In this document: positions 1 to 13,869 of the stretch, piece by piece | How positions within the stretch are numbered: the stretch's first letter is position 1 | How the letters are laid out: every line of letters begins with the position of its first letter | Source: Anthoceros angustus | Taxonomy: Eukaryota > Plantae > Anthocerotophyta | DNA length: 64,000 nucleotides | Reading direction: 5' to 3' | Assembly: GCA_010909165.1 (NCBI GenBank) | Contig: VJWM01000025.1 | Location: 2,604,001-2,668,000, forward strand | Notes under the pieces: model-generated | Seen by the model: the letters and a program-made list of their open reading frames with translations, nothing else | The model's database searches: none | Told to the model about the DNA's origin: nothing | Translations under genes and position numbers: made by a program

Positions 1-2600
1 AGGCCGATTCATCACCGACCTTACGCGTGTCAACCTGGATGCCCTCTGCACTGATCACATGGCCCAGGTATTCACATCTTTCTCTCATGAAGACGCACTT
101 GCTTCTCTTGGCTAGTTTGTTGGCCCATGACAAATCGGCACCTTCCTAACGATTGGAGATGTGTTTGGTCGAGGGGTGTAGATGAGAATGTCATCCAGGA
201 AGACTTCAACGCCATGTCCCAACAAGTGCCGCAGCACTTCCTGCATGAGACACTGGAAGGTGGCAGGAGCATTGGTGAGACCAAACGGCATTACCCTGAA
301 CTCGAAATGTCCATGTCGAGTTCGAAAGGCTGTCTTGTGTTCATCTCCTGACCTAATTCGGATCTGGTGGAAACCAGATCGAAGATCAATCTTAGTGAAC
401 AGCTTGGCTCCATGCAGCTGGTCGAGGATCTCGTCAATCCTTGGCATCTGGTAGACATTCCTCACGGTGGCTCGATTGAGCCCTCGATAATCTATGCACA
501 GTCGCCAACCTCCATCTGGCTTGGCCACTAAGAGGACTGGAGCACCAAAGGGGGACACAGAGGGTTGCACAAAACCTTTTTGTAAGAACTCATCGACCTG
601 TTTCTTGATCTCCTCGTTTTCCATTATAGATGTCCTGTAAGGCTGGATACTAACCGGTTTGTGGCCTGGTAGCAGCTCAATGGCATGGTCCACGGGTCTC
701 CGAGGGGGGAGCTCCGTGGGTTCAGCAAACACATCCTGGTATTCCCGGAGCAGGTCCTTCATAGGTTGTGGTAACTGGTCCTCGTGGGCCTTGGCTTCTA
801 CGGCCCTTGACTCCGCAGTGCCTTCTAAGGGAAGCACCTTCTTGAGCTTTGCTATGTACAGGAATCTGCCCATGGCAGTTGCTTTATTGAGAGCAGAGAC
901 AACAAACAGTTGCTTGTCAGGGAGGTATTGCTCCCCCTGCATGACGTATGTCTGGTGGTCTTGCAGGAGGTGGACGATGTTCTTCTTCCAGTCTACCTCC
1001 AGCTGGCTTGAGTGAGTGGCTAACCAAGGCTTGCCTATGATCAGGTCATGGCAGAGCGTGGGCATCACGGTCAGCTGGAGAACCTCCTTGAACCCACGGA
1101 AGGTAAGCTCTGATCCTTTGTTCTCTACTTGTCTCCTTCTACTAGCATGATCACTTTGTGGAGACGACTGTGTCCTTGGTGACCGGCTCTTTCTCATTGC
1201 CTTTGACACATAATGATGGTGGCCCCAGAGTCAAGCAACCCTGTGGCCCGGACTCCGGCTAATGACACCTCAAGTTTGATAGGTATGTGAGCTAGGCGGC
1301 ATGCATGGCGATCCGGTTTTACATGCAGGATCCAGGATGGCAGCAGCTAGAGTGGGTTCACTAACCTCGTGAGGGTTATGGCGTGTCCGCTCTTGGCGTG
1401 GGAGGCCGCTCTAGTGGACTTGCTGTCTCCTTGACGGTGATGAAGTCCCTCCTGAAAGGGCAGGATTTCGAGCCATGGCCGGACGCTGAGCAGGTAAAGC
1501 ATTTCCTGGCCTTCTTGTAGTCCTCCTTCTCTTCCTCCGTGAGGATCCTGAAGGTTGGCTTCTTCTCGGTGGCGTTGGCAGACTTGCTCCACTTGGGCTT
1601 GGGAGGGGCTGTTGAGGAGAGATGTTTGTACTTGTTGGTGCCATAGTTGATGGCCGCCTTCATGGCTTCCACCAGGGTTGTGAGGTTTGTCTGGTTCACG
1701 TCTGCCCTCATCTCGAATTTCAACCCATCTATGAACTTCTCGATTTTCTGCTCCTCATCCAACCTGGGCATGTCAAGTGTAAGTTGTAAGAACTTGTCAC
1801 AGTACTCTTGAATTGTGCCTTGTTGGAAAATCTTCTGATCGCGTCTGAGGTCCTTGCGGTGGATTCCGGCGAGGCTTCAAGGAAGATCTGTCGGAAGGCG
1901 GCCAAGAGTAGGCAGGGACTCCATGCCGAGGTCGACTTGCTTCTCCCGCTGGCGCCACCATCGGTAAGCATACCCCTCCAATGACATGACGCAGAACTGG
2001 ATCTTCTGCAAATCATCCTTGTCAGAAGCAGCAAGATACTTGTCAATCTTGTCTAACTAGTCGTGGACGCTCTGGGCATCCTTGGCTCCTCCATCGAATG
2101 TAGTTGTCTTGATTTTTCGGTGGAGCTCCTTGTCCAGCTGGGGCCTGGGTTTGAACTGGTACTCCTCACCTTCTTGAGCTTCACTGTTGGATTTTCCCCG
2201 CTGGTTCTCCCAGTGCTCGTACCTCATCAAGCTGCAGGCGCCTGACCATGGCCTTGAGATCTTTGTTGTCCTTCTCGCCAGGTAAGAGTTCCACGACCAG
2301 CCTTTTCAGTTCCTCGTCTACTGTGCTCAAGTCACGTTCGCTAGGAATTGTTGGCGTGGCCCTTGCTTCCTTCCTACCCTCTGAAGCCTGACCCAGGGGT
2401 GCCAAGGGGGTCGAATGGTGCGTGCCCTCAGCTGACTCTGTGGGCCTGGATGTCTTGTGGCAGGGTGAGGGAGGTAAAGGTCACAGGGTGATGGCTGCCC
2501 AGACATCGGGCACACCCTCCAGTATCTTTCGATCAGCGCATGGGTGTCCTTGCAGCTTTGGTGGCCATGACGCCGAAGCTGGTTGTGTCGTTTGGTCACA
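1..2600 (-). mobile_element. Ty3/Gypsy LTR retrotransposon internal region (gag-protease-RT), frameshifted, continues past the left edge
   Basis: Gag with a CCHC knuckle CFTCSASGHGSKSC (ORF 1376-1771). Protease LLDSGAT at about 1224-1238. ORF 112-1209 carries RT motifs [45 protein letters not shown] and FLDDILIY. Bases 1-90 read CEYLGHVISAEGIQVD in a shifted frame. The right boundary is approximate. Confidence 0.92.
112..1240 (-). pseudogene. Gypsy pol fragment: aspartic protease plus reverse transcriptase
   Basis: The 365-aa ORF has RT motifs; the protease DSG motif lies just upstream in another frame. Confidence 0.9.
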
Positions 2601-4153
2601 TGGACCCTCTCTGTGTCACCGAAATTCAAAATTACACACGGAAGGAACCTCCGGGAACATAAAAATGTGCGCTCCGCGTGTTTTCTGCTCTTGTGAAGGC
2701 AGGAACCGATCGTGCATAACCAAGCGGACTTCCTTCGCCCATTATACGCTATCCCGTTGATGTCACTGTGGACACGGTGGGTCTTGCTTTGGGATGCATT
2801 CATGGCATATGTTCTTGAATTGATGTGAAAAGCTTGGCATTCTGCGGTGTGGAGGCGTACATACGCACGATCTGGTGCAAATGCACGGAGAGGAGGCGGT
2901 GGCGCGCGATGCGTTGTGTGGCAAGGTTTCGGCATGGATTGTGCGGTATCGCCGATTGTGCGAGAATAGCCGACTTGTGACGGTGGAAGTTTCTCAAGCG
3001 ATTGGGGTGGTTACGCCCATGATGGCCCGCTCTCCTTGTAGTCAGCAGCGGTATTTGAGAGGAAGCGTGCGGAGGAGGGCTTTGGCGGAAGCTGCGAGCA
3101 GCGCAAAGCGAGGAATGAACCGGTGGACATAGTAGGCAGTGCGGCGGCAACATCGACCTCCACCTCCACAAGCCGAGTGCGTGTCGGCGCGCGATGCAGC
3201 AGCGTTATTTCAAGGTCGTTGGGGTTGATACGCACAATCTCGCGCCCGACAACTAGCAAGGAGCTTGGAGAGCAATTCTTGCGGATGACAAGTGAGTTCT
3301 CGATGCAATGTCGCCGTGAGATCTATAGTACTTTTGAAGAGCTTCCTCTGTGAAGGACTTTCGTACTCCCGAACCGGGAAAGATGAAGAGTTGTTCTTGT
3401 TCTCATGAGGAATATGAGCCTGACATGTAAGAATTTGAAGGATGTTGGTCGGCGATCACTGCGAGCCGAAATACGCTGGAATATCATTTTGTCGCGGTCG
3501 GATGACCATCGATTCCCACAGCCAAGCACATTGGTGTGAGTCGGAAGCGGATCCGATCTGCAGTGAAAGGGGTGGGAAGGATTGTCGGGGCCAAGGTATG
3601 TGGTGCGGGTCCGGAAGGAAGCTTAGGTCGATGTGATCTCGGATGATGTGAAAAGCCGATTCGCAGTGCAGGAGCTCGCCTCGACCTTCCTCCAACACAA
3701 AGGACACCAAGCGCCTACGTCGGACCAAACACTTTTGACCAGCACATCATCCACTTCTTGGATACTTCACGGTGAGATGAATATGTCATCGGATTCCATG
3801 CTTGTGTTGTGAGTGCGAACCTTCATCATAGTCCCTCACCTTCCATGCTTGTTTGTACTTCACGGTGTCGTTATATGTTAGCACTACCTTCCAAATTCAT
3901 GTTTGACTCTTGGGCATGATGGTATTGGGGTCGATTAAGTTCACGTAGGCTTCTCGTATGCATCTTGGTGTTGTGATTTAGGGACCGGTGATATGGGGTG
4001 GGAGTTGGTGTTGAGCAGAAGGGCTATGTGATGCCCTGTATGGCCTTGTGATGGTTTGGGCTGATTGGTGATGTTGATTCCTGCAGCCTGGTTATGTTTG
4101 GGCCGGCAAGGGCCGGGTTCCCCGGTTTGGTGTGGGGAGGACGGGGGTGTTGT

Positions 4154-6850
4154 GGTTGCCGCTTGCGTATTGGGGTGGTCGCCTGGGTGATTTTAGTGGA
4201 CGCGTGGATGATGTGCGGGACAGCTGGTGATGTGGTGGTCTGGCTGTCTTGTTGATTGATGCGTTGGTGATGTGGATGATGGCATGGTGATAAGGTGGAC
4301 GGATTGGTGATGTCATGGAGTAGGTGGTGCTCTGTTTGCAGCACTTAGTGATGTGGTGGATGTGTTGGTGTTGTGGATGATGGAATGGTGATCACCTGTA
4401 CGGTTTGGTGATGTTTTGGAGTTGTTCCATTTTAGTTGGCATCACTTGGTGACCTCGTGTCCGTCGTTGGAAGTGTGTTGCACGTTTTGATATTGGCCAT
4501 CCCATCGGTGATACCACCGTTCTACGGTGTATGTAATGAAATCGCTTTATTCGTGATGTGTGCGGGGCAATTCTACTGCGGTTCTGCGAAGAGCATCGAC
4601 ATTTCAATTGGGCAGCGAACTTTTGAGAAATTGAAGCCGTATTTTGTGAAGAGCTGCGAGGCGGAACTTGTCTTTATTCTTAGGTATCATGTGGAAATGG
4701 CCTTTCTCAAGGCGCTTTCAATGCTATCGCGGTTGTCTTTCAAGTGTGCATCCAGGTCAATGTCATCCATGTGACATATGTGCTCCCCAAGAAGGTGACG
4801 GGCTTGTTCAAGAGTGTAGTGCAGCAACACATGTGTTGTATCTGTCGGGATGTTGTCGAAATTGCTTTGTGTGCGAAGGAGGCAAGCTGGATGGCACAAC
4901 CTCGCATGTTTGCGGGGCACTTGTGGCCTGGGGTGGGGCAATTGCCCATCAGAGTCATCGAATGATAAGCTTCCTCGGTCCATCCTCGGTGGCGCGTTTT
5001 CAATACCAAGTCGTTGGTTCGACCAAGATGGGCATGAGAAGAAGCGGATCAAACTTGTTTTCATGGAGACTCATCCGGTGATTTTGTCATGTACTTGAAA
5101 GAAAAATTGAAAGAGTTCATCCCGCACGATTTTGTGCGTGATGGCAAGGGTTGGAATTTTGGTGCTTGGAGTGGTTCCGTGATGTTGTCGTCTGTCATGG
5201 ACTTGATCGAACTATGCGTTTGGTGTTCAAAGCGAAATTCAATCTATGCATTGGCATAATGACCAGTTTCGATTTTGTCTTGGTGTTCTATAGGAGGACG
5301 GGTCCAATTGATGCAGGAACCGGCTGCTAACATCGACAAATACTATCACTTCTACATCGGTGATGATATGGTCCACGATACCTTTGTTTATACACGCCTC
5401 ATGTTGCATTGGCGGTGGATGCGTGATTCGGGTTTCAGTGCCGGGAACATTGGTGTTGGTCGATGGGGCAGCTAGTCAATTTAAAGCATGTAGGCCTTCT
5501 TACTTTGTTGCGGTACCTAGCTTGTGGTTGCCGCTTGCGTATTGGGGTGGTCGCTGGGTGATTTTAGTGGACGCGTGGATGATGTGGGACATTGGTGATG
5601 TGGTGGTGCTATCTTGTTGATTGATGCGTTGGTGATGTGGATGATGGCATGGTGATAAGGTGGACGGATTGGTGATGTCATGGAGTAGGTGGAGCTCTGT
5701 TTGCATTAGTGATGTGGTGGATGTGTTGGTGTTGTGGATGATGGAATGGTGATCACATGCGGTTTGGTGATGTTTTGGAGTTGTTCCATTTTAGTTGGCA
5801 TCACTTGGTGACCTCGTGTCCGTCGTTGGAAGTGTGTTGCACGTTTTGATATTGGCCATCCATCGGTGATACCACCGTTAATGAAATCGCTTTATTGATG
5901 TGTGCGGGGCAATTCTACTGCGGTTCTGCGAGCATCGACATTTCAGTTGGGCAGCGAACTTTTGAGAAATTGAAGCCGTATTTTGTGAAGAGCCTGCAGG
6001 AACGGAACTTGTGCTGTTGCCGGTATCATGTGGAAATGGCCTTTCTCAAGGACGCTTTCAATGCTATGCGCGGTTGTCTTTCAAGTGTGCATCCCAGAGG
6101 TCAATGTCGCTGTCCGTGTGACATATGTGCTCCCCAAGAAGGTGACGGGCTTGTTCAAGAGTGTAGTGCAGGCAACACATGTGTTGTATCTGTAAGGATG
6201 TTGTGCGAAAGTGCTTTGTGTGCGAAGGAGGCAAACGCTGGATGGCACAACCTCGCATGTTTGCAGGGCACTTGTGGCCGCTGTGGGGTGGGGCAATTGG
6301 CCCATCACTTGAGTCATCGAATGATAAGCTTCCTCGGTCCATCCTCGGTGGCGTTTTCAATACCAAGTCGTTGGTTCGACCAAGATGGGCATGAAGAAGC
6401 GGATCAAACTTGTTTTCATGGAGACTCATCCATGATTTTGTCATGTACTTGAAAGAAAAATTGAAAGAGTTCATCCACGATTTTGTGCGGCGATGGCAAG
6501 GGTTGGAATTTCGTTGAGTGGTTCCGTGATGTTGTCGTCTACATGCATGGACTTGATCGAACTATGCGTTTGGTGTTCAAAGCGAAATTCAATCTATGCA
6601 TTGGCATAATGACCAGTTTCGATTTTGTCTTGGTGTTCTATAGGAGGACGGGTCCAATTGATGCACGAGGAACTGCTAACATCGATACTATCACTTCTAC
6701 ATCGGTGATGATATGGTCCACGATACCTTTGTTTATGCAATGCCTCATGTTGCGGTGGATGCGTGATTCGGGTTTCAGTGGGAACATTGGTGTTGGTGAT
6801 GGGGCTAGTCAATTTAAAGCATGTAGGCTTACTTTGTTGCGGTACCTAGC
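4154..6850. repeat. Tandem duplication of about 1.37 kb (about 4154-5526 and 5527-6850)
   Basis: GGTTGCCGCTTGCGTATTGGGGTGGTCGC occurs at about 4154 and 5527, and downstream sequence is colinear, differing mainly by small indels. Confidence 0.9.
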
Positions 6851-7700
6851 TTGACTGGTGGTTGCAAGATGCTATGGTCGTTCTTTGGCGTGGGCATGGC
6901 AAAGGCGAACATGACGGAGCAGTGCAATCTTGAAAAGGGCATTGCGGTGCGAGTCCTCTCCGAATGCTCCTCATTGCGATCGCCTCGATGTTGTCACCTA
7001 CTTAAGAGAACATCTCGGTGCAACAACGTCGTGCAGTGGAGAGCATCGTCCATAGGAGCTTCGGTGATTGGGAAAACCGAGGTGAGCAGGAGGAACAAGT
7101 TTAATTGTGACCCAATACAGGTCAAAAAATGCATAGCATATATGGTTTCATTCTGGACCCAACTCAACGAAAATGCGCATGTTGGCATGTACATCTTGTC
7201 TTGATCGCATTCTCTATGTCCGCCGCCCATGCAAGGATCTGGAGACTCGTATCCGTTAGGCCACATGGACAACCCACGGGAGGAGCCCGTACTCGGAGAA
7301 GAGGCCGGGATGCTGAGTGTGGCGGACACCTTCCGCCGCCGTTTGCTACTCAGGAGGAACAAGGAGCTTTGGAAACTACCGTTGATGGCCTTGACGATGA
7401 TGCTGTGGAGGATGTGTCGGACATGGCCGACCTCCTAGAAGTTGGTGATACGTTTGTTGTGCACGCCGAGGCGAGGGGCAATTGTTTTACCTTGTCGTTG
7501 CACGGTTGAAGCAAACCCTCTGTAACAAGTGGTGCCCTTGGAGCAACTCAACATTCCGAGTGGGAGAAGTGGTTGTCTGTGGCCAGTACTACACACTCCA
7601 CACGACGGCGTCTGTACACCGGTGAAGAGAATGAGGAGTGCACCCTTCATGCCGATGTGTCCTAAGTTGCAAGATTGAATTGCGGGTGTACACGATAGTG
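4540..7700 (+). mobile_element. Sola2-like DDE DNA transposase, degenerate, with an internal tandem duplication
   Basis: Motifs read across frames: ISIGQRTFEKLKPYFVK, CCCRYH, NYAFGVQSEIQSMHW, DDMVHDTF, DGAASQFK (about 5460 and 6800), WSFFGVG(H)GKGEHDGA (about 6875-6925) and a C-terminal DLLEVGDTFVV. I recognise the DFxENY..QxEIQSxHW / DGAASQFK / HGKGxxDG set as Sola2-type from memory; termini were not found. Confidence 0.7.
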
Positions 7701-10700
7701 AAGGTGTGGAGTGCTATTCTTTAGAGGGGAAGCTCTCGGAGTGACCACCTTGGTAAGAGAAAGCAACTCGAGCCTTGTGCTAGAAAGCACATGTGCGTAA
7801 TGATTGGTCTCCCTCTGTACGAGGCCCACGTTTGGCAAACATAACCACGACCACCAAGCTGGTCACTAACTATTTGCTCACTAACCAGTTGTCACTAACG
7901 GTGGCGCCAGTGCACACAGTTATTTTGCAAATGGGTCTTGTCCATGTTAACACGTTGATACATGGCTTCTTTAGGGGTCTGAAGGTCCAAGCGGGATGCA
8001 CAGCATATGCAGTTGCATTCATGCAAAACACTTATTCGTGGAATTTGCTTACAAGGGCATTTGCATTAAAAGTTGAGTTCTGGTCTCGGGACACATGATT
8101 ATCCGCCACACGTTGAAGCCCACTTTCGCCAATTGACCCCCCGGCGTGGTGTCCACAGGCCTTGTCCTTGGTGGCACATAGTCAGGCTTTAAATGGCGTG
8201 GCCCCTGGCGGGTCAGTCACGCATCTTTCTATACACGAGAATGCAATGGCCGCCATGTGCTCTAACTTGGGTCTTGTGATTTGTCGAACCCTGCACCGCA
8301 GCTCCTCCGGTTCCGCCCTTGATCTGGGAGAAGCCATGGGCAGCCGAGGCAAGGAGCTTGATGGAAGCGAAGGTTTTGGCCGCAATGCGGGTTCCAAGAT
8401 CGGCCGGCGGGCGGTGGCGCGGCAGCGTTACTGGGCTTCGCGAAGAGGGAGCGTGGATGCGCCATATGCACTGGGAAGACCTCGAAGTCGCTCAGCAATT
8501 GCTGCAGGAAGGGATGTCGACCGTGTTGTTGAGGATGATTGTGACATGGGCAGTGTTATAGACAATGAATCAAGGATGGCAGTGGAAAGTGGCGACTCTT
8601 GATGGCGCGGGTTTGCCCAGCTACGCAATGGAAGCATGCTGTTAGCTACGGTCTTGTGATTGGGGCCGTCTTCCACATTGCTGGATAGCCTGGACATGGC
8701 GCGTGCATGTTGTTGTGCCGAAGCCCTTGTAGGCGGCAGCGTGCTTGGATGTAGTTGTTACCCAAGTCTCGTAACTTGATCCCTCGGTCAGGAGTTGGAA
8801 AGGATGTTGTGTGGCATGTGCTAATGCAAGACGGGTTGAAGGCATGTTTCGTTAATGTCAAGTGCGAGGTAAATCTTGTTGCCTCATGTCGGCAAGTTTA
8901 TCGATGACCATTGTATGTGGATCAACCAAAAAGAAAACGGGCCTCCTTAACAACCCTACATTTAGGCATGGGTGCCTAGAAACTCAAAACCACGCAGACG
9001 GTGCCGACCATACCACCAAGACAATCACTTGACCGTCAAGTCCCTCCTTGTCATGCTCCCTCTTAGCCACCCAGTCGGATATTTGGCGATTGTGGGGCTC
9101 GGCCAATACACTGGATGTCTTGGGTAGCCTTGGGATGGCATCATCAAGTTTGTTGCCAAAACCATGTCCTCCTCTATTGCGGTGGGGTGACCACGGACAC
9201 GAGTTAAGGAGCTGGTACACCCCTCGAATTTGGCTCTGCTCGTAATAATAAGCCATGATCACCCTCGCCAATACACCTTGCCGCTTTGCCATGCTTTGTC
9301 GAAAGCGGCTTGGCTAAATGTGGCGCGTCGATACTGTAGCACATAGAACTCCACATGCTCTACATTTCCCTTGGGAGCCAGCACCATAAAGTTACTACAC
9401 CGCAGACCGTGTCCGCATAAGACCTTGAGGCATGGGTGGGCGGGCACTTCATCCACATTCTCTCTGGTGACCATTGAGCACCCTTGTGCTTCCCACGGAT
9501 GTTTCTTTTGGGGGCTGTTTCCCATTCTTCCTTTTCGCCTCCACGGCCGAACTTGGCCGAGGTGGCGTCTCTGGGACTCCATGCGCATGCTCTCCTTTCC
9601 TTCATTGGTTTTTCGATTCGCCCACGGTGCTGCGAACTCATCAACCATTTCAAAAGTCACCATTTCATTCGCAGCCCACCTTCTTCATTGGGCATGATGG
9701 GCCCACCACCACTTGCAAGAACACCGTCACGTCGACCAAGGTGAAGAGCACGGACATTGATTCACAGTTGCAAGTATGTTCCGGATCGATGCACGCCGCC
9801 TCCACATCGCCAGGATGCTCCAAAAGTTTTTGATGTTCGCGATTGAGGCGTCATCCGCAACAACCCTATCGCTATAACTTGATTGGCACCAATCATCACG
9901 GTATCCGCGCCACCCTCATACGGATCTCCACCGCCACCACACCACAGCTACCAAGCTGGACATCACCGTTGTCGTCAATGCCAAATGGACACTTTGGTCC
10001 GGATCACTTGCCACATGATCCAAGATATTGGTCACGGGTAGAACACCACGACTCCTCGCCGATTCGTCACATTTATCAACACATTCAATTGCGGCCACCT
10101 CCAAGTTATCACTTGATTCACAAGACTCTGGACACCACAACCATTTCATCACCTACATCCACACCTCCACTCAGAATACCGGTGGAAGGCACCGTTGTAT
10201 GCAGATGCAATAAGAGGCGCACAATACACCGTGACCAGCAGAGCGGTGGTAGCCACCGTAGCTTGTCGTGGCTGGTCATCCTGCAAGCGGACAAACATGT
10301 ACTCAAAGTGTAGACAAGATCTAGTTTCAACAAAGCAATGCCCTCACAAACCCACACGATGTCCTTCGGAGGAACACGCACACATGCCAACTTGCTGCAT
10401 TCCTCACCAACTTCAACCCTGTGGGGACCTTGTGTCTGGCCTTGGTGGAGTAGGAGCTATGTCCAGAGGGCTGCTCGTGTGGGCACTGTGGGGACAACGT
10501 CATCTTCAATTTGTGAGTCTAGCACCATGCACGAGTAATCGCTGCCCAAACATGCGCGAACAACACGAGGCTTTTCCCTCCGGGCATTGGGGTGCGAAGG
10601 AATTCACGTAGGCTTCATGTGCCTCCCTTGGCCTTGCAAGCAAATTCATCAGCTACAGTGCGAGAAATGTTGACATCGGCGTCAGTTGGCATAATTGCAC

Positions 10701-13700
10701 CTGGACGAGTTCGAGATCTTTGTATGACAAAATTTAGTCGAGCGGACTTCCAGTGAAAATGGACAAGACAACAAACCGGAGAACGTGGAACATACATATT
10801 GGAGACTCCAAGATTTTTTTCTGGGTGTGGCCAACCAATTCTTCGGTGATTGTGACTCAATGTCTTTCCATCGTGTCATGGTCGCGGGTCTCCAATGCAC
10901 TCGAGGAACTCTTTCTCCCAAGTGTCTCGCTGGTCCTGTTCCCATGGAAGGAGCTTCTCCTCGGTGCTTTGATCAGTAACCCTTCGCTCTCAACCATGAT
11001 GCGGGCACATCGATTGCACCACGGGCGTGGGCGGCAACAATGTTTGTCAAGTGATACAGGCGGATATCGTGGAAGCAATGGCCACATGGAGTGAACACCA
11101 TCTCGTTACAGGCGTACCACGCCATGACACACATTACACTTTAGGACACACGAGCTTGCGGCTTTGAAGGAAAACCACGGTTGCGTGAGAAAGGATCACC
11201 TTGGCCTTGGCACCACATGACTAGGTGGTGCCAAGGCCTCTGTCCGCCACCCACCACTACATCACCAAGTCCGAACCCATCCACGAAACCATGACATCAC
11301 CGAGGCCACCACCGCCACCAACCTACCACTACATCACGAATGCCACCATTGCCCACCGACCTACCCCTACGATCGAAGGCCATAACACACAAGCCATGCA
11401 CTACATCACCAAGGCCACCAAAAGCTCACGGGACACCCAGATGAACACAGACCAATTCCTCACCATCCGTCAAGTGATCACCCACCCTTCCACCAGAGAA
11501 CACATGAGTCACCACCCCTTGAGCACCCCTACCACCACCTCACCATCCGTGAGCGTCACGGAGCACCCAACCTGCGGCACATCACCATAAGGAAAACATC
11601 GGTCACGGACACCTCGTCCGTGTGCAAGAAGAATCCACACTTACAGCGTACAAACACTACGCCGTTGACGGGGCATGACTTGGCGGGAGGCGGGGAGCCG
11701 ACACCACGCAGTGATCCATGTTACATGCCCGGTGTTGAAGCCGGAGAACATCCTCATGTTTTCAAGAGAAGCCGGTGTCCGGGCTTGTTCCTCAGTTTTC
11801 TCCTTCAATGTCAAAACACCCTCGGAATATTTAGTTTTGTCAAGCACGAATTTGAATCTTTGTCTGAGTCTCGAATACTCTCGTCAAGCCCTCCACTATT
11901 CATGACCATGTCGGCAAGCTGGACCTTGGTGTTGCCCAAATCCAAGAGTGCCTCCTCCCCATCTTTTGACAAAACAGCCTCCTCCATGCACAAGCTTCCA
12001 ACTCGCACGAATTTTTCCAGACCTCATCCATGACAACCTTTGGTGCCCATGGCTCAAGACACGAGCTGGCCAGTGTCACTTTTCTCGCCGCCACTGCGGC
12101 AATCAATTGGAGACTCCTCGTCTCCCTTCTTGCCGCCTCCTCTTCTACATTCTTTGCGGTGAGGTCCGTCCTTCTTCATGGCCTTCTGCTTCCTCTTCCC
12201 AACTCGAGAGCTCCAGATTCTTTGGGAGGATCGCCTCGTGGTCATTCTCGCTCACGCGGAGTGGAACACTCTTCCACATCAACCTCCGCTCCTGCATCAT
12301 CACCGCCACCACAACAGTTGTGAAGAATCGTTGTATTCTCTGCGGATGGGACTTCCACACTGTGATTTCTTCTCCATCGCATCGCCTTATCACGCTTCCT
12401 CTTCTCAACTAAATAGTACTCAAACCAATTCACACGCTTGCCAAGCTTCTTCTCGATTAGGAACCCAAGTGCCACAAACCGTGGCACCCTTTGCGATCTG
12501 CACGTGGGAGCCCGCCCATCTGACTTCTCAACAAGACTATCAACATGCGTCCACTCTATGTCGAGAGGGTGATCCCCAAGAGGTATCCATCGTTCCCATT
12601 AGTGACATCCCCAAAATGCCTCTTGATCTCATCTTCACCTCCAATAGCCTCCTTTAGTCCAACTCGTAGTTCAGACATCTCACATTCACACCGTAGTTGA
12701 CAATTCCATATCACCGTAGTGCCAACACCAATGCTCCCCACAATTTTTCAGAATGTCGTGTCCTTGCGAGCCGCAGACACCTTTGCGCTCTATCCAACCT
12801 AGCCTTTGGCGCCTAGCGTTCTGTCCATCTTGCTTGCACAGAGGCGCTTGACACACCACGGAAGTAGCGGCCGGTGTCACTTTTCTCGCCGCCACCGCCG
12901 AGCCTTCACCCTACTCGTTGCTAGTGACATGGTGTCCTTCACCTCTGAAGCAGCTGGCTGCCTTGTCCGCGCGCACCCACTCCCGTTTGGCCGCACCACA
13001 GCGCTCCTCGTTCAGGAAGGCGGACTGCCGCACGGCTGGCGAACCCAAACGCCTTCCGCACAAACCCACCGCCTATTGCCTGCACCACCGAGCTCCCAAA
13101 TCCGGCCGTAGAAACCGGTTACGACTCCAAGCGGGTTCACGCAGATCCACTTCTCACACCTACTATTCCGCGAAAGCTCTAGCGAAGACATATAGGGACT
13201 CACCAGGAAAACCTCGCGGTGGCTGCCTCGAGTTCGCCGCCACCGCCTTCCGCCGCACCACAACGCTCCACGTTCCACGAAAAGGTGCCGCCGACGGACC
13301 AAACGCCCTCGCACAAGCCACCGCCTATTGCCCGCACCACCGAGCTACCAAATCCGGCCGTAGGCGGTTCCGACCCAAGCGACCTGCGCACAATCACCGT
13401 CACACCACCTATTGCCCGCGACATAGCTCTAGCAAAACCCATGTAGGGACTCCACATGGTGACAACGTCCTCACTGCCGTCAAGGTTGAGCTCGCGATTC
13501 AGTGATGCATGCACAAATCCAATGCTTGTGAGTCTCAACATTAGGAGCACGGTGATGGAAGTGGATAACCTCATTATCACCCTTAAAAGTCAACGAGCAT
13601 CCGCTCGTTTCCGCCTCGCTTCCCCGTCGGTCACTTACGAGTTTGTATAATAAATTGTCCCTAGCATATATAGCAAGACTTAAACCAATAATATATCAAA

Positions 13701-13869
13701 TAAATCAATTTTCCAAATAAAAAATTAAATATATCTATGAAGTTAAAAGCGAATAGCCCTAAAAATATCGGTCAAAATGGGCATAATTTCAATTGTTAAG
13801 AAATCTGAACGTAATGCAAAACACCACTTAGAGACGGTTTCGCCCGTTTCCGAAATTAGTGGTCACCTA

